From: Zygnema circumcarinatum SAG 698-1b
Taxonomy: Eukaryota; Plantae; Zygnematophyceae
Direction of reading: 5' to 3'
DNA: 64,000 nt
Assembly (NCBI GenBank): GCA_037447605.1
Contig: CM074806.1
Span: forward strand, 62,001-126,000
This document shows positions 29,701 through 43,200 of this stretch, piece by piece; position 1 is the stretch's first letter, and each line of letters opens with the position of its first letter. The translations under genes were made by a program, and so were the position numbers. The notes beneath the pieces were generated by a model. That model had not been told where the DNA came from. It saw nothing but the letters and a program-made list of their open reading frames with translations, and did not search any database.

Positions 29701-31069
29701 AATTCTGCTATTTGTAACTATGCTACCCTTTTCCTTTTGGCTATTCCCTGCCCTTTGAATCTGATCAACAAGTCGAAATTGAACAATGATTGGCAGCGTA
29801 GGGTACGATCCGCTTAGAGATGTCCCACATGTGACGTCCAACATGGTACCTTTGGGGAATGCAATGTAGGTATTGGAACTACCTGCGTCGCCAAATCTTT
29901 GTTTTGGAGACCTACTGCTCACCTTTCAACCGCCTTTTAAACCGCACGCTATTCCTCGTCCACTGCTGGCTATCCTGGGGCCTTGTCCTGCCCATCGTTC
30001 CGTCAGCAGTCCACGCGATAGACATCATCTTGCATTTTCTGCACTTTCCATCCTCAGCCCATATCTGCTCCTCAGGTAAGCTCACACACACTTGCTCCAA
30101 CTGTTTTTCTAAGGGATATCAACTGTGGGTCTTCCAGATTTGCAGTTTGAAGATCTTCCGCAGGTAGCTCGGAACATAGTGTCAAGTTTGTACCTTATTG
30201 AACATAGCTGAGCCCGTCCAAGCCACGGTTGGAAGCCATGATCGTGAGCTGACGTATTCTATGTGAGTTGCCATTTACTTGCATATGGTCTGGGGGTGAA
30301 GGAGTATATGCCGCTTGGCTTTGGTTCCTTTGCGTGCTAACTGCCTGGACAACCCTCTCGTGGATGACGAAAGCTGTACTAGATCTTTGCACTGCTCTTG
30401 ATCCCAAAGCGTCTTCAGTACCTGTCAGCGCGTTCAGATGGGACAAGGTGTGAATGATACGACCCTTGAGTTTATTTTTTCAAACATCAAATCCAAAATT
30501 TTGCTTCTTCCGACAGGATATGGCTTCTCACAGTTTTCGATTAGGCAATTAACATGACAGCCCAGCATTGTATCGTCAGTGGCATAGGCAACGCATCCAC
30601 AATTAGTACATTTCAAGCTTGATCATTCTAAACTTAAAAGGGGATGTTCGTGCTGGGACAGATATTTGTGGGGATGGTAATTGGGAACTTTGTGTACCCC
30701 GTATGCGCACTTTATACGTGGCTTAGACCACATGTGGAATGGTCCGGTGTGCGTTACTTTAGAAAGGCGGGCAAAATAAAGAAGGTGGGTGGCATCTCCG
30801 CTCTTGGCAACTGCAATCCCACGTCCTGTTTGCAGTCACAGCAGGAGCGGCCTGCGAGGTAGGAAGCACTTCATCGCTCTGCGAGGCTATGAGAATGCGT
30901 GACATAACATATGAGTTTTGGAAACGTCGGTGATGGGCAGATAGTGCGAGCGGGCGAGGCTCGTGGCAGGGACTGGCGGCAGACGCTTCGCCACTCGCCT
31001 GTTTTTGTCCGACTATTTGATCATCTGTGTTCTACAGAGAGACTCCAGAAAATGAAAGCTGACTCCTAG
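26718..31069 (+). CDS. GCS: Glucosylceramide synthase (ceramide glucosyltransferase, GT21)
   Basis: Spliced motifs VSVVLPVKG.GQHSLSNWRSQ, CSQKIHNQL, YVLFLDDDIRIHP, TGYPFD, FVWGGCM, GGYSDDMTLA, YWNYLRRQ.FVLE and WSGVRY match the plant GCS (At2g19880 type). The last exon (30941-31069) is less certain. Confidence 0.93.
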
Positions 31070-31672
31070 TTTGTGCGTTATGATCCTACTGAGAATACTT
31101 CATTTGTGGGTGAGACATGTTGCTTATTTTCAACCTTTCTTGTCTCTGGAGGGCTTTTTCATGAGCCTGTTCTGTAAGTTAGAACCGCCCGTTCCAGTCG
31201 AGTCTGAGGTTCCTACCGTTGGTTTCAAATCGAGAGCAACATGCTGGGCGGGACGCAACACCGTCGGGTGGCCTGCTCGTTGTGGCGCGCTCTGCCGGGG
31301 CTAGGGCTCGAGCCTCGCTCGAAAGGGACGCGAACGGTATTCACAAAGGTCCCGCCTGTCTGCCGCCGTCAGTGGCCGCTACTTTCGGCTGCTTTCTCGT
31401 CTCGTGGGTTCCTTTCTCCTCCTCCAGCGGCAGGCGGCCTCTAGGAAGGAAGGTTGGAAGGAGGCTGAATGGCGACTGCCACTGCTGCTCCCCTCTCCCC
31501 CGCGCGTGCGAGAAACCACGAAACGCGCTGCGCAATCCGCCCAGCGGAGGCTACTGCGCAATAGCCGCCATAGAACCGTGGCGCTCCGCCATTGTACGGA
31601 CACGGGCTTCCGTACGACGGCTTCCTCCGCGCCGTCCCCGTCCCCGCCGCACCGGAGCAGGACGGGGCCGCC

Positions 31673-32364
31673 ATGGCCATGGCCGCCACGACCTCCTTCC
31701 AGCGCCTCGCGGCGAGCGCCCTGGCGGAGATCGGCGCGGTCTTCGAGGTCGGCGGCGCCGACCCCTGCGTGCCTCTGCAGGACCTCATCCTCGCGGCTGC
31801 CCGCATTGTCCTCCATGGCGTGGGAAGGTGCGCGCGCGCGTCCCTGCGCCTTTCCTGAGGGCAGCGCGGAGATGGCAGAAGGGATGTTGACGCGCGGGTC
31901 GAGGCTTGTGCAGGGAGGGCCTCATGATGCGTGCTCTGGCAATGCGGCTCTGTCACTTGGGCCTTTCTGCTCACTGCGTGGGAGATATGGGGACTCCTCC
32001 GGTGGGCCCGGGGGACCTGCTGCTCGTCAGCGCGGGGCCCGGAGGCTTCCCCACCGTGGAAGCGCTCCTCCGCGTCGCGCAGGCTGCGGGGGCGCACACG
32101 GCAGTGATCACGGCGCAGGCGGAGGGAAGCTGCGCGGGTCTGGCCGGCACGGTCGTGCGTCTGCCTGCGCAAACCATGGCTGACGACATGGCGACGATGT
32201 CGAAGGCATCGGGCGCCGAACAGGAAGGGCGGGGGATCCTGCCCATGGGCAGTGTCTACGAGGGCGCGCTGTACATAGTGGGAGAGGTGCTCGTGCACCA
32301 GCTGCGGCTGAGGCTCGGAGAGACGCCTGCCTCCATGCGCGAGCGACACACCAATTTGGAGTAG
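31673..32364 (+). CDS. SIS-domain sugar isomerase, 6-phospho-3-hexuloisomerase (HxlB/PHI)-like
   Basis: Exons 31673-31827 and 31914-32364. Motifs: LHGVGREGLMMRALAMRL.HLG, VGDMGTPPVGPGDLLLVSAGPG, LPMGSVYE, HTNLE* C-terminus. Confidence 0.9.
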
Positions 32365-32971
32365 TAGTGAGGACCACTCACGCGCTGCTCTCATTTTGCA
32401 TACGGCGCGCTCTGCCTCCTGCACTCACTCCATCTCGCTCACACCTCCACTCCGCACACAGGAAGCCTTTGAGAGCGGTCCTGAAACAGCAACACCAAAA
32501 TTTCGGAGACCTTTGACTGGTTTCTGCCGTGAAGCATCCCGTGAGATGCACGCAACTGATAAGTGATGGAGGAAAAGTCGTAGTGTAAAGACCAGTCAGC
32601 CATGTGAACACGCAGCTGCTGCATCGTCATCATGTGCACCGTCATCATGTGCACACTCTTTCGTTTCAAACCTTTGTTTTCATGCTTTTAAAAGTTTTAT
32701 TTTATGATTTGTAATCTCTGTCTTCGTGATACTTCACTCGCCCACCCGCACTCAACACACATCCATGCATCCATGCATCCAAGCATGCGTCCATCCCTTC
32801 ATACTTTCCAGTTTCCAACCCAAGGTCCGTACGGCAGGCGCCGCCCGCCGTACGGATGACGCCCGCCCGGTGCGCTTCCGCCGCGCCATGCTCATGGCTT
32901 CCTCCGCCGTCCCTGTTCCCTCCGCCCTCCGCCCTCCCCCTCGCTCGCTCGCTCGGCCGCGCGGGGGCGCC

Positions 32972-35900
32972 ATGAAGCGGCCTCGCCCGCGGCCTCCGCC
33001 CCCGCCCCCGCCCCTCTCAGAGTCCGGCCGCAGCGGCAACGGCTCCGCTGCGGGCGGGCCGCCCAAAGTGAAGAAGGGCAAGAGGCCGCAGGCGGAGCGA
33101 GCCGAAGAGGGTGTGGCCGCAGCCCGCAGCCGAGGCGAGCAAGGGGCGGCCGACTGCACTGGAGCAGAAAAACAGGAGGGAGGGAGGCACTTTACCGTCT
33201 CCATTGCAGTGGCTGGATCAGTCGTAGACAATGCGCAGTCGCTCGAGCTAGCAACTGCGGTTTGTACTCGCCCTCGCCCATGTCCCCGTCGCAGGCTTCA
33301 GGGTCTTCAGTTCTCAATTTCTTGCGTTGCCTTCTGCAGTTATTGACCTTCAATTTGTCCTTTTTGCAACCTCTGAGTCAGCCAGAAGTTATGAGACTCC
33401 ACCTAAAGGAATTTATGTTGCTAGTTGTCCGTAGCAATCCACCGCGCATTTCTTTCCAGATAAAGAAGACTTAAGGCGTCTAATGCATACTGTGTTTCCC
33501 ATGCGCTTTAGCCAGCAGATGATCACATAGGATGACCATGCCCTTCTTCAATAAGTGGCGCATGAATGTTTAAATCACTGTTTGCGACGTATCCAGTGCA
33601 TGCCAGATTGAGTCGTTATTTTAGAACGGATGAAACCTTGTCATATTTTCACGCAGTATGTCCTAACAAGCTAAAAATTCTGAAGTCAGCATTAATGACC
33701 TTCTTCTTTCCTGTCAGCTTCACCAGTAGTGGCCCTTTGGCCTTTAGTCCCACGAGCACAATGGCATGTGCTGCGCGTCGAAGCACCATTTCGACCCAAA
33801 ATGGGGAAGTGACAGTGTCTTCTGCCTGCCCCTGCTCATGGGGTACAATTTGTGGTGCATCTGGTGCGCTTAGCTTGCAGGTCAAATTGGGCGTGCAGCT
33901 GCAATCTTTCAGGTGGATGAGGTAAGCGATACCTGCCAGATTACCATACAATTTTGCATACCCTTTGAACAGCCACTCCGACACTTTTCTGGTAAGAGCC
34001 CTGCAATTGCGTCGTGCAGGTGGTAGTCTTCGATGAGGGAGACGAACCGAGCGGCCCTGGAAAGCAGCGTCGCTGGCGCGACAAGGAAAATGAAAGTGGA
34101 GGAGTGTTTCTTGCACGAGTGCTGCAGTACTTGGACACACCGCAGTATCTTCGACATACCTTAATTCCGATGCACTCTGACCTGCGCTATGCTGTACGTC
34201 AGACTCCTGACTTGTCGCAACTCCGTTGAACTGGGATGACCTTGACATATCTGAAGAGGTCTGCCGTCACTCAAAGTCTGCGCGTCAGTCAGTTAGAAAG
34301 AAAAATGAAATCAATAGATCGTTGAAGGGCGTGATGGTCCCACATGATGTATGGAGCATGCGCTATAGGGCCTATGTCTGTCCTCAATGACTGCTTTTGT
34401 TACAGAACCTTGTGCTCTTCTTAAAAAAAACCATTTCACGTTGACAGCACTTCTGGTTAGGTAGCATCAGCTATGTCTTAAGAAACACGTGAAGAACAAA
34501 GTGAGTAAAGGGCTATCAAAATTGGTGGCAGCATGTAACGGGCTAGCCGTGACGTTGAAGTCTTCGCATTGGATGTGCAGGGCCTTCTCCCGCCGCTTGA
34601 CGCACCTCATCATGCACGCGCGCACGAGTGGCCTCCCTACCGCGAGGGCTGCGTGGTGGCGGGCTCCGGAAGGCCATCTGGCGGGAAGGGAAAGGGCGCA
34701 GCGGCAGCAGAGGGGAGCCTCGTCAACGTGGGGTTGTCAAAGGTGAGGGTTCAGCTGGTTCAGGAGAAGTGGGCCTTTCTATGGACGCTTCATCTTGGTT
34801 GGCCATTGGTGTTTCAATAGAGGCCGCACGCCCAATATTCAAGCTTAGAACACAGGTTGGATGGGGGCTATCTGCAGGAGGCATTCATTGAGCAGCAGCT
34901 ATCAGTAGGGATGAGGGTGACAGTGGCCATGGGCAACGATAGGGATGCAGCTTTAAAGCCAGGTAAGGGCTCGTCTGCCCAGTATGGAGCTATGACGTAG
35001 AGGAATGTTGCAATTATTTGCCACTGTTGTTGGGTAGACACTGTGATTGTTTCTGTTTGAAGCCTTCACTTTGCAGCTGCATACGAGGTGAATTGCTTGC
35101 TCTCTTTAGTCAGCATTTATCGAGGCTTGTCCTTATCCGGAGTCCAGGTACTGGTGCCACTTGTGCTTGATTACGCCGTTTTTTTGCCTGCGGAGAAATT
35201 TCCGAACTTTGATGGAAGAGCTTCTGTTACTCTCAAGGTTCACCTATAGCTGTGAATGTTGCGAATGTTTCACTGCTTGCCTGGTTACTGCGGCATATGC
35301 GTCATCACAATGTGGGTCGTTTTCCGTTTATCTGGCACGAGTGTAATTGCTTTGTGTCTACGTTAGCGTTTGCGAGCGGTTGGATTGGCTCATTACAAAC
35401 TTAAGATAGGGAGAGTGTTTTGTGCCGTGTGGTGTGTGGTCTTCGGGATCCTTGGTTGCGTAAAGTCCGGGGCATGTCTCCGGCAGAGCAGTAATGTACC
35501 TTGCAGGCGGAAGCAGGGGCAGTTCTAAGAGCCGTGAGTCCCTCGGAGCCGCGAGAAAAAGCGGGGCTTTATTGGGGCTTTGCGGTACGTCTGGTTCAAG
35601 GTGTAAGCCGCGTTTTCACCGACTGCCCGTTTGAGGTATGACATCTCGCTGACTGCTCTGTAGGAGAAATTCACATAAGCCTGTAGAAACGTGCAACTCT
35701 TAGTAATGAGCGAGCATGCGCTATCCTGCAACTAGAAATGAAGCTTGGATCTGAAAATGAGGGGTCATGTCTCACTGATCACTCTTTAAGAAATGTTTCT
35801 AGAAGAACCGGAGGAAGACGGAATCTGACATTACACCAGTTTCAGTTTTTTTATGACGCGCTGTAGAGCTTTTGGACAGGGAGGCTATGACTGCGTACTC

Positions 35901-36884
35901 GGTACATCTGAACATGGAGAAAAAATTCGCAGTTCTGACCTCGAGCTGCCTCCATTTCGGTAAAACTCTGTCCCTGTTTGGCCGGCCATGGTCTCGTCCT
36001 GTAAGTAGAAGAGTAGTAAAAAGTCATGATTACAACTCTACTCGGGGGAACCGATATGAATAGAAGGATCGTTTGTTGGAATTGAAGGGGAAACCTCCTC
36101 TGATTCTGGTTTTCTTTTCCGCGATGGTAAAGTCCAAGAAGGGTAAGGTTTCCCCTGCTAGGAACATATATTCTGTGTACGATATTCGGTAATTTTTTTG
36201 GGCTACAGGTGTCTACCACGAGTAGATTTGAAATTCAGGGATCTTGGGTTGTTCCATCGAGGATTTTGAGGCCGCCCTGTGATATGGCAAACCTGTATGT
36301 CCAATATTGGATGCAGGCATCTACTGGTGGTGTTTGGCGGAGTGGCGGGGCTGGAAGAGAGTGTCGAGGTGGATGGCAGCATTGAGGTGAGGACATGCCG
36401 TCATTTGGCGGGTGAGGACGCAGGGCTCCATCTGGAATAAGTTCAGCGGCCGCAAAAGGAAGCCGGTTGTTATTGAAAGGTTTCAATGAGGCTGCATCTC
36501 CTTTGTTGGCAGCACTCCAGTCTGCACTGGGCTGCGTGCGTGTGGCAGGTGAAAGACACGCCTGCGTTGTTTCACCGCTATCTGAACACGTGTCCACAGC
36601 AGGGCTCGCGGACCATCCGCACAGAGGTGGGCTGCGCGCCATTGCTTGCAAGGCAACCGTAGTTGTGCGGAAGCATTCGTAGCCGCTGAAATACACTGCT
36701 TGCAATTCTCTCCTGAGTCCGCGGGTCACATTCTCTGACACCAATGGTTCTTTCTGTCGACTCTGTGTAACAGGAAGCCATCCTGATCTCCATGTCATTT
36801 TTACAAGATGCCATTGGCCGAGCGACCGGACATGGCTCCTTGTCTTCCCCTCCTGCTGTCATCTCTAGGAGTCGTGAGTTGTAG
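32972..36884 (+). CDS. SPOUT1: SPOUT-family RNA methyltransferase, SPOUT1/C9orf114-like
   Basis: Motifs TVSIAVAGSVVDNAQSLELAT, LAGQIGRAAAIFQVDEVVVF, YLDTPQYLR, GLLPPLDAPHH, GLYWGFAVR, GTSEHG, LLVVFGGVAGLE, YLNTCPQQGSRTIRTEEAILIS. The start could instead be the ATG at 32888. Confidence 0.92.
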
Positions 36885-37379
36885 TGAGTATAGTTACCCC
36901 GTTTGGCTGTTGTCGGTTTGTGCACTTACGCAAAGCAAGCAGCAGGCGGTCGGTCGTCCCTGTGGCAGCTATAGCAGGCAGCCGTCGAATGTCGGAAGGA
37001 GAGAGAAGGTGTGCTGCGTCTCCCATTTCATGGCTCGTTAACGAGGAGTTTCTACATGGAAATATTGTAGAGAGACTGCCGAGAGAGATACGATATGCAT
37101 GAATCTGAAGGAGTCTATCGCGTGCTTCTGAACACAGACTTGCCAGTTTTGTCAACAGCACCTCAAGCTGCGATATTCATTTCGCTGTGTCCAAATTTGT
37201 GAGAATATGTGCTTGATTATCACTGACACTCTTTGTCAAGTTAAAGTAGTGACCACGTCTCACAGTCAGAACGTGGGCACAAGTAGTTATAATCAGCAGT
37301 TGACATGTCAAGGGAAGGAGCCTTCGCAGGCTCTAACTGGTTTCTTCCCCTCGCAGACTGGCGTAGCATTACTCTAAAA

Positions 37380-39066
37380 TCAATATTGACCGGTGTTCCA
37401 CAACCAGCCTACTGTCTTTTCTGCTTCGAGACTGCCCAGGTCCCTTGCCACCTTCAGCCTGCGCCATCCAGCGACAGGAACCCACAGGAAACGGAGAATT
37501 TAGTCGTTTGCATGGTGCTGAGCTCAGCAAGGGCCCACCCAGAGCCCTGTCAAAGACAGCTCACCACTTAATTGCCTCACTCGTGTCCACTCGCACGGCG
37601 CCCTCCCCATCCAGGTACATGTACCCCAAGAGCAGCTGCAAGCATAGCCGCAATGACCGTAAAGCAATCCAAGTCATGTGAAAGCAGAAGCAGAGATTGT
37701 GTCAGACCAACTTAATTTGCGAAGTGCCTCATTAATGGAAAAGCCTTCACATCCTGTGCTGCAAGCGCTAGGAGACCTGTGCATACCGCAGCTGCTGCAG
37801 TGACGTGTGGCTGGCCCTGAGGGTTCTTGATGACGCGCAACAGCCAAGCAAGCGCTTCTTCGCCGTCTCTTGGCCAGTCACCCTCCCCCTGGTAATAGGC
37901 TTCTCCTATGCGATACTGACTACCCTGCAAACAAACGAGTGAAAATTCAGCGTCGATCTTCCTCCTGCATTACCAAGCCAGCAACAACGAATGGAACAAG
38001 CAACACTGTGGTATCTTGTCTGACGATTTACAAAGGGTGTATATAATGAGTTAGAGGGGAGCGACCTGATGACCCAAACGAGCTGCCTTCCGATACCATT
38101 CAAAAGCGCGCGTGCCTTCACTCCTACTCTCCATTTCCTCTGCCATAGCTACCATGGCTGAGATGTTGCCAACCTCCGCCGCTCGGATCAGCAGCCGAGG
38201 CAGGCAATGTTGCATGGCCGGAGCCCACTGTCCCGAGCTGCTTTCTGTCGGCCCCGTGCCAGGCCCAGCCTGTGAAGATTTGAAAACAGGGCGTTTGATC
38301 GAGGCTTGAAGCAGCAACATCTGCCAGGGAGCCGTATTCAAAGGGATAAGCCGTTAAAGGACCACACCATTACCACCAAAAGGCCGCGCCAAGATGATAA
38401 CAAGACAATGGACACATGAATGCAGATAGGGACTTCAATTCTGCTCTACACATTCTACGCACTCTTAAACACCCGTCCCACAGATCTTACCACCTTCGGA
38501 CGACCACTGACTGCATTCGTCCCACAGCAGCTGGAACAGTGCACGCACCTTACAGATTTTACTCGTACGGCAAGGCAAACAGCAATTGAATACTCAATAC
38601 ATCGAATATCAGGTAGCATGCAGTTCAATAGACCCTCCATTCAAACATGAGGACAACAGCAAAGCAGGAGTCTTAAACCTTGACACTTGATGGATGGACA
38701 TACTCTGAAGCATCAAGGTGTGCAAAACACAAATTGGGATGGCTGAGTGGCTTGAAGAGACAAAACTCATTTTTGCTACACTCCAATGGCCATATCCCAG
38801 AATTTCCCATGATTCGATCTTCAACGAAACTCTCCAGAATGCTTCTTGAATTGAAGCAACTTTCAGTCGAAAATGCAGAGGAGAGTTCTCACCTCATCGT
38901 GCACAAGAGCATCCCTCCACAGGCTGCACACGGCGGCGCAAGCGTTGAGGTCTGAGAACTTCAGCAATCTGAAGATGCTTTCCAGGACGTCGGGAGGCAG
39001 GGCAGCCGCAGAGCCGCGCTGTTCGACTGCGTGTGGCGGATGCTGCGGTCCGTTCGCAGTCTCCAT
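37380..39066 (-). CDS. F-box protein with Sel1-like repeats
   Basis: First exon 38893-39066 contains the F-box LPPDVLESIFRLL...CAAVCSLWR. Downstream exons give Sel1-like AFEWYRKAARLGH, QYRIGEAYYQGEG, LLGYMYLDGEGA..D..EAIKWL, ending LWNTGQY*. Internal exons at 38.4-38.85 kb are unresolved. Confidence 0.8.
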
Positions 39067-39857
39067 GCCAACCCGCCGAGAGCTTTAGCGGCGCAAGCGC
39101 GCCCTCAGAGGCGCGCGCGGCATGCGGGCGGGAGGGCGGCTCAAAGTCAGGGGAGCTCTTGGGCGCGCATCAGCGCCAGTCACGCACACGTGGCAGCGTC
39201 GCCGTGGCGTCCTGCTGGACCACGAGGGCCCGACATGTCCCCACCGCTATTCCTGCATCGCATCGCAACAGGTGCCGATCAGCTCTCCGAACCCATTTGC
39301 ACATTTCAACTTTAAATTTTCCTCCTCTCTCCACCGCTGGCTCTGTCAATTACATTCTCTCGCTCTCTGCGCTCTCTTTCCCTCTCAATCTCTCTCTCTT
39401 GATTTTTTTGCCATGATTTTATTGGTCTCTCTCTTTCTCTCTCACATTGTGCTACAAGTTCCGATCTTCCCTACAATTTCTCTCCATTCCTCCTTCGACC
39501 TTTCACACATTTCACAACTAAGCCTTCTATCCCTCGCTACAACCTTGCATATACCCTCGTTAATGTGCTCTCCCTCAAGCTTTATTTCCTTTTCATCTAA
39601 TCTCCCTCCTTCCTCAAGCAATCTCCTCCCCATCTCCCTCTCCGTGTTTGAAATAGTGTCCTCCTCTTCTCATTCCAATCTCTTCATTTCATCCTTCCCG
39701 CGCATCTCCCTCATTTGACGTTTCCTCCTTTCCCCCCTTTCACCCCGCGCATCCCCTTCTTTCTAGACCCATCCTGTCTCTCGTGTTTGTCCGTACCGAA
39801 AGAAAGGAGAGGCGCAGTTAAAGGCAGGGGGTGGTGACGCACTCTTCCGCCGAGCGA

Positions 39858-40032
39858 TGCAGAGCGAGAGCGAGAGGGAGAGGGAGAGGGAGAGGGAGAA
39901 GCAGAGAGAGGACCTGATTACCCGCGCCCCCTCCCTCCCTTCCTCCCTTCCTCCCTTCCTCCCTTCCTCCCTTCCTCCCTTCCTCCCTTCCTCCCTCCCT
40001 TCCTCCCTCCCTCCCTCCCTCCCTCCCTCCAT
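39858..40032. repeat. Adjacent GA-rich and (CCCT/CCTT)n tracts in the F-box/AKR divergent promoter
   Basis: (GAGAGG)n-like run at ~39862-39910 followed by (CCTTCCTC/CCCT)n at ~39928-40030. Confidence 0.9.
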
Positions 40033-40290
40033 CCCTCCCCCCGCCTGCCCGCCCGCCGCGTGGCCGCGCCCCTGCCGGCCGCGTGGCGCGCGCCGCGCCG
40101 CTCTCCGACAGTACGGCTTCCCCGCGCGTTTTTTGGTGCCGCGCCTGTACGGACGTCGCCGTACAGTGGCCGCCCCGGCAGGGACTCGGGGAGGGGCCCG
40201 CTTTCGGCCCGTTTCGGCGCTGTTCCGCCGGGGGGGGGGGGGGAAGAGGAGGAGGAGGAGGGGGAGGGAGAGGGGGAGGCAGGGGGCGCC

Positions 40291-43200
40291 ATGGCGGGAG
40301 GCGGGGCCGGGGGCGGGCGGCAGCGGCAGAGGCGTGGTGGCGGTGGCAGTGTCCCGCGGAGGACCGCGTGGCAGGCGGTGGTGACGCTGGCGGCGGTGGC
40401 GCTGCTCCTCCGGCACGCGGCCCTGCGCCCCTCCGCGCGCGACCGCGCCCGCCGCCTCCTCCTCGCTGCCTCGCCCCCGCCCTCCCCTCTGCCCGCGCCT
40501 CTCTCAAGAAGGCTCGCAGCTGCGCCCCCGCCCTCGCCGCCGCCGCCCCGCAGCGTCCCTACCGCGGCCTCCGGGGAGCCCCTCAGAGCCTTCGTGGAGC
40601 TTGCCAATGGCGTGCGTAGTGCGTGGCCTCGCCTAACGCCCCGCACCGCCCTCGCTCTCGCTCTCGGCCTCGGCCTCGCCCGCTGACCCACAGCAGGGGG
40701 GGGGACGCGCTGTGCAGCGCAGTGCCGCGCCTCGGCTTTGGAACCGCCGGACTTGGCGCCGACACCGAGCAGGCCACCGCTCACGCCCTGTCGTGCGGCT
40801 ACAGGTGCCGCATCCGCCGCGCCGTGTCGTGTATTTCACCCCTCGTGAAGAGGGGAATGGCGCCTGTCCACTGCTCCACAGCGTTCGGCGCTTCTGACAG
40901 TTTGGGAGAGTGGAGATCGCAGGCTGCTAGACAGCGCACAAGCTCGAGAATGGTATCGGGAAGATTTGGTGGGAGTTGCCGTCTTGAATTCCGCCATTCC
41001 ACGCGATGAGTTGTTTCTCGTATCCAAGGTGCGACCGAGGGTTTGAATTGAATCATTTGTAATGTCTACCATTATTTTCTCATTATTTTTTGTTAGCCCC
41101 AGTTGCCCAGTTTCCTGTTTGCAAAATCTCGGCACCCTGTTTGTGCTTATCTTGGAGCCATAGCTCTTTTTCCAATCCGTAAAATGCAAGGAAAATAAGT
41201 TATTAGCTTACAGAGTAGATGATAGCTCAAACAGAACTCTAGCTTAGAGTGCTTACAACAAACTTGGTTACAATAACGACTTCTCTAATGACGACCTAGC
41301 TGGCCATTGTGATTGCTCCCTGTTGAAGTTGAGTTGCGAGCCTTCGAGCCCTCAATTTGACCTTATTTTGGTCTGGCCCGCACTCTCGGCTATCCTCTGC
41401 TCAAAAAACGAAGTTTTTTTCTGGTAGATTTTCTTATCGTATGCTTTATATAGTATAAACAACCGCAGCATCATTCGGAAACGTCCCATGAAGTTGACAG
41501 GCGCTCTGTACTACTGGCAGAATGTTCGCTTTTGCTTAATGAGGGAGAGCCAATTGCAAGTTTTGTCCTTTGCTTTTTGGTACATAGCCGACTTCTGACG
41601 TCTGTGCGATTGTTTTGATTGTGGGGATGCGGTGCGGCAACAGCTTCACCCTCGTCATTTGGGTTACGAAAGCACTCGAGAGCGCTTCCAGGACTCTCTA
41701 CGCGATCTGCACACGACGTACTTGGACCTCTTCTTGCTGCACTACCCCGAGTGCTTTTCTGACATCTGCGGCGCTGAGCAGCCCTCAGGCACCTGGCAGG
41801 ACAGGTGAGCTGGCCAAACCTGCGAGGTTTCAAATTCTGCGCAGACGTCGACGAGCAATCACAAACGTGGGAAATGCTGAAGCGGTATTTTGGATGGGTA
41901 AACAGCTGGCGTGCCTTGGAAAATCTGTATACGGAAGGTCGAATTCGTGCAATTGGGGTGAGGCTTACCTCTATGAGCAACTACAGTTTCAGTGGTGCCG
42001 TTGTCAAGTGGTATCTGCACTACTGCTGCCATTTAGTACTGCACAAAATGCGGGTTTCCTTGGGAAAATTGGAAAAGCCGGCCTTTAAAGAAGAGAGGCC
42101 GACACAATGTAGAACGAAGTTGGTGATGTAAACGGGAAAGGGGCCATTGGAAGTCTGGGGCTGATATCTGCGTCAGCAGTGTCTTCTCACTGAAAGAAAG
42201 GGGGGCATAATACAGGTGAGCAATTTTGATGAGCGACAACTCAATTTGCTTCTGGAAGTCGCACATATCCGGCCCCATGTTATTCAAAGGTGTTCTCAAT
42301 CTCCTTCGCATTCAAACTAGCATAGGTTCCTCCGTCTCGCAGGGATGGCAGCGCGTGTTTCTTTTCTCAAGACACTCTGTCGTGGAAGCTGAAGCTGGTC
42401 TTTTCCTTTTCCTTGAATGTGAGCTCCCTAGCTGGAGGTTGAGTTGTTTTGAGATCGTGTGTGTCTCTGAGACAGGAACTCGGATCCTTTGAGAGCCGAT
42501 CAGCAGATGCAGGCTTTTTGCCGCGCCGAGCGCATCCAGTACATGGGCTACAGCACACTGGGCAGCCAATGGCAGTTCAGCGGCCATCTCAATAACCCCG
42601 TGAGTTATCCAATGGAGAGGGGAGGAGGGGGGGGGGGACCATTCGTTCAAAATCTGAACGATCAAACTAAGGTTCGGCACGCTGTGCAGTCGCGTAGATG
42701 CAAGCTCCCCACTTGTATTCTGCATTTCTTGTTTATTCTTTGGATTGGCCTTTGTGTTGGTTTGCCACTCTGACAGGTTCTCAAAAACAGTCAAGTGCGG
42801 AGTATTGCATCCGCTCGAAGTTGTTCTCCTGCACAGGTGTGGCGCGTTCAAACAGCTTTACGCCACCTTTCCCGTCGTGTTTTCTTTCCTTGAAGTCGAT
42901 CTTTTCCTTTGTGCTGATAACATCCACAGGTTTGCTTCATCGTGGAGTTCCACTTTAGTGCGTTTCTTTCTGCAGTCTTGTCGTCGTTGTCTTTCTTACA
43001 AATCTGTGGTTGCTGCCCTCCTTTTCCCCTGCTTGTTATGATTGGTGAACCTTATGCTTGCACTAAGTCCATGGGATTCTCGCCTTTATTCCTCAGACCT
43101 GTGATGCGTATTCGGAAGGTTCTCTTACAGTGTGTGTCGCACAGTTTCACCCAGGCAGGCAGGTACGCAATTGCTCAAACTCACATGAATGCCGGTATCC

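Noticed and set aside
35077-35087. Possible 11-nt microexon (ttgcag|CTGCATACGAG|gtgaat) in SPOUT1
   Set aside because: It is phase-compatible but not required, because a downstream CAG acceptor near 35516 also restores the frame. Undecidable without RNA-seq.
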